Below, piece by piece: positions 53,753 through 64,000 of a stretch of 64,000 bases of DNA (within the stretch, counting starts at the first letter, position 1; the number at the start of each line of letters is the position of its first letter). The stretch is from Octopus sinensis (taxonomy: Eukaryota). Location: the NCBI RefSeq assembly GCF_006345805.1, contig NC_043010.1, positions 22,382,001-22,446,000 on the forward strand. The letters are read 5' to 3'. The position numbers and the translations under genes are program-made. The notes below the pieces were generated by a model, which was not told where the DNA came from, made no database searches, and saw only the letters and a program-made list of their open reading frames with translations.

Positions 53753-55541
53753 CAACTGAAGAGGTCACTCAGGCACTGCAAAGACTAAGCAACTGGAAGG
53801 CACCTGGGCAATGACAAGATCCCCAACTTCTGGTTGAAATATCTAACAGGAATGCACAAAAAGCTGGCTGATAACTTTAACAACATACTGGCAGAGCCAG
53901 TTGTAAAGATCAACTAATGATTAATAAAGCTATCCCCATTAGAAGAGGAATATTCCAAAGAGATACGTTCTCTCCACTCCTTTTCTGCTTGGCACTGTCA
54001 CCTCTATCTGATATGCTAAACAGAACTGGATGTGGATATAAATGTTACGGCAAAACGATCAGCCACCTTTTATATATGGATGACCTAAAACTATACGCTA
54101 CAAATGACAAACAGCTGGAAACACTACTAAAGACAGTTCATGGATTTACCAAAGAAATAGATATGAAATTTGGATTAGAGAAATGCGCCAAAGTAACCAT
54201 GAAAAGAGGAAAACTAGTTAAGAGTAGCAACATCACACTAGATAAAACCAATGAAATAAAATAATTAGACCAAATACAAACTTGCAAATACTTCGGAATC
54301 CATAAACCAGATAAGACACAACACACACAAATAAAAGAGAAAATAAAAAAAGAATAATATAGACGAGTCAGATCAATACTGAAAACAGAGCTCAATGCTA
54401 AAAACAAGATAATAGGTATCAACACTTTAGCCGTCCCAGTTATAAGTTACAGCTACAATATCCTTAACTGGACACTAAATGAACTGACCAAAATAGATAG
54501 GAAAACAAGAAAAATAATGACAGGATCTAGGAAACATCACCCAAAATCTGACATAGAAAGAAGAAGAAGAAGAAGAAGAAGAAGAAGAAGAAGAAGAAGA
54601 AGAAGAAGAAGAAGAAGAAGAAGAAGAAGAAGAAGAAGAAGAAGAAGAAGAAGAAGAAGAAGAAGAAACAACAAAAGCTATAAAACTAATGAAATCCAAA
54701 CTAAAAATAGAACAGAAGCGAACCATGATAAAACGATGGCAAGAAAAGCCCCTTCATGGCAAATACTGGACTAAACTAAATGCAAAAGAAATAGACAAAG
54801 AAAAATCCCAACAATGGTTGAGAAGCTCAGGACTCAAAGCAGAGACAGAAGGATTTTTAATTGCAGCCTCCCCACCAGAAATTACCAAAACATGTAAGGA
54901 AAAGAAATATAACAAGTAACTGCAGAATATGTGGAGATGGACAAGAAACAATAAATCATATTATCTCTGGCTACCCAGTCCTGGCTAAGAAGGAATACAT
55001 TCAACGACACGACAGAGTTGGGACCTATATACACTGGAGGCTATGCCAACATTATGAAATAACAACAGAAAAAAGATGGTATAGGCACACACCAGAAAAG
55101 GTCACAGAAAACGAGAAAGCAACCATACTCTGGGATATGCCAATACACACAGATAGAGAAATTAAGGCCAACAGACCAGATATAGTTGTCAGAGATCATG
55201 AAGAAAAAAAATGCTTTCTAACTGATGTATCAATACCAGCGGATGACAACGTGTCTCTAAAAGAAATGGAGAAACTTTCAAAATACAAAGACCTGGAAAT
55301 AGAGGTAACTCGAATGTGGAATCTGAAAGCAGAAACAATTCCTATCATAATAGGTGCATTAGGCATGATAAAAAAATATTCAGGCAAATGCATAACAAAA
55401 ACACCAGGACTTACAAACACATATAACATACAGAAAATTGCACTACTAGGCACTGCACACATCCTACGCAGAACACTTTCCATACAATAACCATCAGAAT
55501 ATCACAACAAATCACAGCACATACCCAAGGCACACATACTA

Positions 55542-55544
<3 letters not shown>
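53751..55544 (+). mobile_element. R4/Dong-like element with several internal deletions and a (GAA)n expansion
   Basis: WKAPG, IRRGIFQRDTFSPLLF, HLLYMDDLKLY, CRICGDGQETINHIISG, RPDIVVRD and LLGTAHILRRTL. The 3' half is nearly identical to 25911-26807. Confidence 0.92.
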
Positions 55545-55578
<34 letters not shown>

Positions 55579-55598
55579 TAATAATAATAATAATAATA

Positions 55599-55629
<31 letters not shown>

Positions 55630-55639
55630 GGTTTCAAAT

Positions 55640-55980
55640 TTTGCCAAAATGGCAGAAATTCTGGGGGAGGATATGAGTCGATTATAGCGACTCCAGTGTT
55701 CAACTGGTCAATATTTTATCGACCCCGAAAAGATGAAGTACCGCTAAGCATGTTGTCCAGAGCGCTAACGATTCTGCCGGTCAAATTTTAGCACAATTTG
55801 GCGAGAAGGGAGATAGTCGGTTGTATCAACTCTAGTGCTCAACTAAGACTTAATTTATCAACCCCGAAAGGATAAAGGGAAAAGTGGTCGATTCAATTGG
55901 TTTCAATATTTAACAGGTATTCATCGATCCCTGAAACAAACAAAACAAATCGACCTCTCTGAGATTTGAACTCAGATCAC
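55640..55980 (-). mobile_element. Two degenerate SINE family B copies
   Basis: TTTATC.ACCCCGAAAG.AT occurs twice. Confidence 0.65.
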
Positions 55981-57094
55981 AAAATGAAAATTGTTTTAGA
56001 GCAACAACACCTTATGAAATACACATGTGATTATTCTGGAACAATTAATATTTCCTAAAAAATGTTTTTAAGTTTGTCTACGCTAACTATAGCATATTTT
56101 TTTGGCATTCTGTATTTTTTTCATGCATGATGTTCAGAGAATATATTCGGTTGGAGTTTTTGACTATTAATCATATATTTTCACGTCTATTTAAAGTTAG
56201 TGTCTTACGGTGTATTCTCCAGTGGAATTTTACCATAAACCGTAAATAAAATACGTTAAGTAAATACAAAATATACCAGTCTACTAACCTAAAGAATGGA
56301 ATACTAAAAATAACTTTTGTTGTATAATGAGAAATAACAAATTTAACATTCTGTCCATTATTTAAGTAAAACAAAAAATAATAAACATGAAAACTCAAGA
56401 AAGTAAAGGCGAGACAAGGAAAGTAAACATAGTCAACCCAGGGGGAAAGCAGGTTAAAATATAACATTTATTACTGAGCTGAGCATCCGTCTTGAAACAG
56501 AAATTGCAAAATATTCATCACTTTTGACAGCCCGGACAGAAAAGTTGAGGAGAGAATTTCTATATTTATAAGAAAGAATTAACAAGCTAAATGCGGCATT
56601 TTTCAGGTAGCGAAGTGTTCCATTAGTGTTCCTTGTGCAACATAACATATCATAATATTTGAAATTTCTCTAACCACAATTTGTCGATAAAGACAAAATT
56701 TAACGGAAGGACCAACTTTAAAGAAACAAAATGAGACAAGTCCTTTATCGTAATTCTTTGCCTAAATTGAATTTTTCCTTTTGGATCCATTTCAATATTT
56801 CATTTAAATTAGATTAGTTTAAAAGCCTTTTTTGCTTTTTTATTAAGATAAAATATGATGAAGTGGTGGTCTAATGCTTTTCTGTTGGCTCTGGCACAAA
56901 GAACATCAACTAAATTGAGATCAATTTAAAACGGTCGTGCAACACACCCGATAACTGGATTTAAGCAAAAAAATACATGAAAAAAAAGAAAAAGAAAGAA
57001 AACAGAACCTTCCAAAGGAATCACTCAGCTTTGTCTAAAGTGATGCCTTCTAAATATGAACAGAACTAAATAGAAGGCTTTCACATATCGCTCC

Positions 57095-57690
<596 letters not shown>

Positions 57691-58464
57691 GCTTCTTCCC
57701 TCGTATTTTTTCGTTTAATTTATTAAAAAAAATTTTTCTTGTCAACATTAATTTCTGTGTGTGAATTAATCAAGCTATAGATTGCTAATTACTATAAATA
57801 ACAAAATGTACGTTGAAAACCCGAATGAAAAGACAAAGAGTCCAAAAGAATTTCTGTTGCAACAGACCACAATAATGTTCTGTGGGTGTGAGACAGGAAT
57901 ATGCAGCCAAAGCTTGAAGACCGGTGATGGAAGCGTCTGATGCTGTGAGGTTCGGTGCCAATATCGGCTGAAATGATAAACCGGAAGAGCTTCGATGAAG
58001 AGGCTGATTTTATCTCACTAATATTTTCGCTCAATTTTATTTCATTTCCGGTATATGATAATCACCCCAGCATGGCCACGGTCAATATTATGTACATTGG
58101 TGATAGCGACGAGAATAAGAGCGAAGGTAGTCGTGACAGTAGCGGTAGTGGATTTTTATGAGACGACGATGATGATAATATTGATGATGCTAGTCGAGTC
58201 GTGCAGATGAAGAAGACGGGAAGGTGGAGGTAATGTGGAGAAGGACGGTGTTAGTGGGGATGGTTGACAGTGCTGATGATAGCGTTGATCGGGTATATAT
58301 TCTCGTGGTCTGACGTAAACATTTCGGACACAACATGACAGATTCTGTAAGGCCTCAGCTGCCTTTCTAGGTGAAAGAAAAAATTTACAAAAATTACAAA
58401 ACAAAAATAACAATTATTTTCTTTATATTATTTATAGTTTGTTCATCACACACACACACACACA

Positions 58465-58515
<51 letters not shown>

Positions 58516-58659
58516 CGCACAAACATGCACCCGTATATACGGATGCATGTATATATATATATATTCATATATGTATATATATATATGAATATATATATAT
58601 ATATATATAAATATATATTCCTGTATGTATACATATATATATATATTATTTCTTTTCTT

Positions 58660-58835
58660 TTTTCTTTTCAGTCAGTTGACTGCGGCCGTGCTGGAGCACC
58701 ACCTTTAGTCGAACAAATCGACCCCAGGATTTATTCTTTGTAAGCCTAGTACTAATTCTATCGGTGTCTTTTGCCGAACCGCTAATGTTACCGACATCGG
58801 TTGTCAATCAATGGTGGGGGGACAGACACACACAT

Positions 58836-58874
<39 letters not shown>

Positions 58875-59010
58875 TACACTATGGGCTTCTTTCAGTTTCC
58901 GTCTACCAAATCCACTCCCAGAAGGCTTTGGCCGCCCCGAAGCTATAGTAGAAATCACTTGCCCAAGGTGCCACGCAATGGGACTGAACTCGGAACCACA
59001 TTCCACTAAA
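58660..59010 (-). mobile_element. SINE family A copy
   Basis: Aligns with the other family A copies. Confidence 0.88.
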
Positions 59011-59414
59011 GCACTCTTCTGCCTATTATATATATGTATACACATATATATGTGTGTGTGTGTGTGTGCATGTTTATGTATAGGGGATTATCAATCCGAA
59101 CAAAATACTTAGAACACTCTTTGTTAATACTCCAGGCTAACAAGATTTTTTAGATTACATAGGTATAGGCGTGGCTGTGTGGTAAGTAGCTTGTTTACCA
59201 ACCACATGTTTATAGTTCATTACCATCTTATATTGTAAATCCTTGTCTGCATTCCCAGTTATACTAACCGATCATGCATAATCGTAAACAAGACAAAGTA
59301 TAAATAACGGTCATTATATAATCCTTTATTTTAGCAAATTTGACTTACGTTTGTTTCTGGTAGTCGTTATTAGTTCATTATTGATTGTTTACTCAATCGG
59401 ACCTTTGGCCGGTT

Positions 59415-59507
59415 AGAGAAAAATTGAACGACCTACAGAATTAATACTAGCCTCATCAGTCATTGTGATACGGGTAACATTAATTCTGTAGGTCGTTCAA
59501 TTTCTCT
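59415..59507. repeat. Hairpin with a perfect 25-bp stem and a CTGATGA-containing loop
   Basis: 59421-59445 is the reverse complement of 59479-59503. The loop contains GCCTCATCAG. Confidence 0.85.
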
Positions 59508-59683
59508 TAACTCATCAATGGATCGATTTTGAGTAAATCAATCAAAAGCGAATCAATAATGACACCTAGAAATAGTTTAATGACCTTTATGTAATGACCT
59601 GTATTTACGCCCTGTGTTATATATATTTATGTGTGTGTTTGTGTGTGTGTGAGAGTATGTGTATATAGATGTGTATACATATA

Positions 59684-59734
<51 letters not shown>

Positions 59735-60336
59735 TGTGTGGTTGTGCGGTTAGAAGCTTGCTTTCAACAACATCATGATTCCGGCTTCAGTCCACTGCGT
59801 GGCAACTTGCGCAAGTATCTTCTGCTATAGCCTAGGGCTGACCAAAGTCTAGTGAGTGGATTTGGAACACAGTACTTGAAAGAAGCCCGTCGCATATATA
59901 TATATATATATATAATATATATATATATATAATATATATATATATAATATATATATATTATATATATAATATAATAATATAATAATAATAATAATAATAA
60001 TATACTATATTAGGGAATAAATCCAAACTTACAGGAAAAATTAGATTTAGGATTAAATCCAATTTATAGTATAAATATATTATATTATAAATTATATTAA
60101 ATATATATATACATATATATATATATGTATATATATATATGTATGTATGTATTTGTGAGGGTTTTTGTCACCCCACCATCACTTGACAAATGATGTTGGT
60201 GAGTTTACTCCTCCGTAACATAGCGGTTCGGCAAAAATAAACGATAGTCTTACAAATAATAAATCTTGGTGTTGATTTGTCCGACTAAAGGCTGTACTCC
60301 AGCATGGCCGCAGTCAAATGACTGAAACAAGTAAAA
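59735..60336 (+). mobile_element. SINE family A on the plus strand with a large internal AT microsatellite
   Basis: Head ...CCGGCTTCAGTCC and tail GCAGTCAAATGACTGAAACAAGTAAAA. Confidence 0.88.
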
Positions 60337-61184
60337 AATAAACAAATAAAAAATATATGTATATATATATTGATATTATTTTTATTATATAATATTATAT
60401 TATTATTCATATTCGTCGATGTAATGTAAGAAGAGCTACTAAATGTTTCATGCTGTATAGATACAATTATTAGGTATTTATTTATAACATGAAATGTGGT
60501 GCCAACCAGCCTTTCAGATATAGTTCAAAACATAAGATGTATTTAAAAAAAACGGGACGCTGGACTATGAGAAAACAAGACAAAAACAAAAAGAGAAGGA
60601 AAACGCGAAGGAAATGGAACGAGATGAAAAGAAAAGAAAAGTAAGAAAACCAAGATGTTCATCTCCTTTGTCTGCTGAAATCATTATTAATCTGGCTGAT
60701 ATAGAATAATGTAACGGAGATCTGAGAGATCATACAATCCAGGGATGACACATTCTTTTTTAGATCCAAGAATTCTACCACACTACTTAAATCCAGATCC
60801 GAAAGTTTTAGTAACTGCAAGTGCATAGATTACTTTCTTTTGTCGAACTGGTTGAGGACACCACCTTCTCAGGATTATCTTTAAATTTATGTAGGTGTAT
60901 GTATATGAACCACTCTACATACAGATACAATTTCTTTGTAAAGAAAATGTATCTTTACAAAATTGTATCTTTACAAAACTGCATCTTTACAAAAATTGTA
61001 TCTTGCAAAGAATCTTTACAAGAATCTTTAAATAAGAAAAGTTTTTAATCGAAAATTACAGAACACGCCTAAATATACACGCATAACCAACTTTGACCTC
61101 TTTACATATTTTAATTCAGGATTACATACCCATCACTACATATTTCTCCCCATTAGTCTAGGCTTTGAATTTTCGTGTATATAT

Positions 61185-61226
<42 letters not shown>

Positions 61227-61518
61227 ATATTTCCCCACCCCCTACGGAAAGCTGAACAATTATCTCCCCTGCCCACAATAATAACCATAACCAATTATCT
61301 CCCCTTACATTCTTCTATTTGTTGAATGATTCACTCGTAAATGTCACACACAAGATGAACATAAAAATACTTCTTAAGAAAATGCGTATTTAAAAAAATT
61401 TAATGTCATGACTAGCGAAAACGAAACCGGTCGACAAACACAATACTAGATATATTAAAAATTATATTAAAACTATAAAAATTGTGTACATTTTCCTTCT
61501 TTAATCTCTTATACATAC

Positions 61519-61563
<45 letters not shown>

Positions 61564-61639
61564 ATATGCATTACAACTCACGACGTGAAGATAATCGAAA
61601 TCCCTCCCTTTCTGTTACTATATATATAGAGAGAGAGAT

Positions 61640-61756
<117 letters not shown>

Positions 61757-61761
61757 AAATT

Positions 61762-61851
61762 AACAGAATGAGATAAAAAATCCAAGGCTGTGAAAGATGA
61801 TAATGTCAGGTTAATCTTTCACAGCCTTGGAATTTTTTATCTCATTCTGTT
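61762..61851. repeat. Near-perfect 37-bp hairpin with a 15-nt loop
   Basis: 61762-61798 versus 61814-61851, with a single 1-nt bulge. Confidence 0.92.
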
Positions 61852-62136
61852 CATTTTTTACATATATTCATGCTAATATATGACATACGTTGGACTCCTC
61901 ATTCGCATAATCACCGAACCTGGAGCTTAACTATAGTCTGTCCACAGCACATACTCAGCATTCCCTGACACCTTTGGGTCTTCTTGACACCATTACCTCT
62001 CATAACCTATATATAGAGATAACCTATATGTAGAGAGACAGGTAGATTTACCAGACAGACACACAGATAGATTGGTCAGACAGACAGACAGAGAGAGAGA
62101 CAGAAAGACAGACAGATAGCTAGCTAGCTAGCTAGC

Positions 62137-62234
<98 letters not shown>

Positions 62235-62287
62235 AATAGATAGACAGACAGACAGACAAATAGATAGACAGACAGAGAGACATATAT

Positions 62288-62557
62288 GTTTCTTTATTAG
62301 CTACACAGAGCTGCACGCAGACGGGACAGATTACAAAGTAGAGCCTTTCTTTTGGAGGAGTGAAAAAAAAGTTGGGGTAGGTTTTCGATCAAAAGAGATC
62401 GTAAAAGGGAAAGAAAAAAAGAAAAAGAGCCATCAGTAGGGATCGTGTATCACAGAAATGTCATGATGTAAAGTGTAAAGGGGGAAGCAGATAAGGTTTA
62501 TCCGTGGAAAGGCCGACGGAAAATACCACAGTAACCTCGGTCAATAATGTTACATGT

Positions 62558-62558
<1 letters not shown>
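62288..62558 (-). mobile_element. Tx1/L1-like 3' UTR fragment between GATA/GACA arrays
   Basis: Homologous to 6114-6510. Confidence 0.75.
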
Positions 62559-62649
<91 letters not shown>

Positions 62650-63589
62650 GTTAAATGCTTCTATTTCAGAATGTTGGTAGCTGAAACAGAAACTTACCGC
62701 CTCGCAGGAAATTTTCCACCACGCCCCTCTTTCACCACCGGTTTTACTAGGGTACAACAATTAACTCGCTTTACTTATTTACAATGAAATGGAAGCTGCT
62801 ATTATTATTTCCTAAATACGATATAGCTAGATATTTTCTAAGTAAAAGTTATTAAATTTCACAATTAAATTAAAGCTAAAGGTAAATTGCAAAATATTTA
62901 TAGGAAAATAAATTTTATGATATTTTTTAAGAGGACGATATTTTTTTAACGCTGTTGATGTTCAGAACGAATAAAAATTCCCTTTTAAAGATTCACATTG
63001 AATTTGAAGCATACATATTGTTTCCTAAATATTATAAATATTTTTTTTTGTTAGTTTTAAAATTAAATTGAAGCAATATTTACGGTAAAATTGAATCCAA
63101 CTTTTTCAGGGGATATATGAGAAAAAGAATATTTTATTTTCGTTCTATTATTGACTGTAAATTTATTTTCGTGAAAGGAAAACAACGAAGCGATTGTTTA
63201 CATTGTATTTCATATCATATAGCCTTGAATTTTAAACCATGTGATAGAAGAGAAATTTGTAAATGCTATTGAATGTCATTTTTAAAATAAATGTCAACGT
63301 TTTCTTGCAATTTCTATTAAGTTTCTATTAAACAAATGTTAACACTTTAATTCTATGTAGTGATTTAATATTCGCTTCAAAAAATAATGCATTTTGCTTT
63401 TCTAAACTCGGAAAAAAAACAACAAAAAAATAAAAACTCTACTTAAATTTCTGTAGTAATATTTCTAATGGAAACTAACAAAAACAGCTTTAAATAACTT
63501 ATTTAAACATTAAATATAATTAATGTAATTACATAATATTAAAAATATTATTTCTAAAATACAGAGGTCCACTAACAGGAAAGATTCGC

Positions 63590-63970
63590 CGATATACCTT
63601 CTTCAGATATCAATTCGAAATGTCATCCGCCATGTTGTTATCGGTGTTAGTTTTAGAATGCCTTGGATTCTTTTATTCTGTTATTCGTTTGTTACTCTTC
63701 TGTTATGAACACAGTGGGTCATGTCCTTTAACAAATTCTACAGCCATATCGAAACCAATAATTGTTTCAGTGGCGTGGCGCTTATTGTATTGATTTCTAT
63801 CGATTATGCAATGAGAGCTTGTCTAGACCTGACTGTTTCCGGACTGCCATTGGTCGGATGACAGTCTCAACAGCGTTTATTGTTCCTCCAGAAAAGCGTC
63901 ACGTGTCGTCCATGAACGATCACATATCAGGTGACAAATATGAGGTGTTTATAAGTAGACTTCCCGCCGT
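63590..63970 (-). promoter_or_regulatory. Candidate TATA-less promoter / first exon
   Basis: TTCCCGCC (63961), GTCACGTG (63898), ATTGG (63849) and CCGCCATGTT (63627) lie in a CpG-richer patch. A possible minus-strand donor AAG|GTATAT sits at 63598/63597. Confidence 0.35.
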
Positions 63971-64000
63971 CCTCATATGAACACTGCTGTATTTTATCTC

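Noticed and set aside
60945-61030. 16-17 bp degenerate minisatellite (AAAATTGTATCTTTAC)
   Set aside because: Short, AT-rich and decaying, with nothing to suggest function.

Overview
AT-rich, microsatellite-saturated animal DNA. The repeat families suggest an octopus or other coleoid cephalopod, which is an inference. No host protein-coding exon could be supported; almost all long ORFs in the track are simple-repeat artefacts or decayed retroelement ORFs. Recognisable content: several R4/Dong-like RLE non-LTR copies stacked in (TAA)n arrays; Tx1/L1-like fragments bounded by (GATA)n; a CR1 insertion with a 10-bp TSD; RTE remnants; three Penelope-like remnants; four or more tRNA-derived SINE families; hAT, MITE and Helentron/Helitron-type non-autonomous elements; and a promoter-like patch at the right end. 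Most notable are the RNA-structure signals. (1) A 1.27-kb retrozyme-like element with two ~99% identical 435-bp direct repeats; each repeat carries all hammerhead core segments in a non-canonical order, and a third diverged copy shows a compensatory base-pair change. (2) A tRNA-headed SINE with a Penelope-type hammerhead tail. (3) An apparently intact minimal hammerhead at 11457-11577. (4) An orphan R2 3' end still attached to its 28S target sequence and an A-tract, far from any rDNA. All alignments and folds were done by eye, so element boundaries are approximate unless a TSD or TIR is given.
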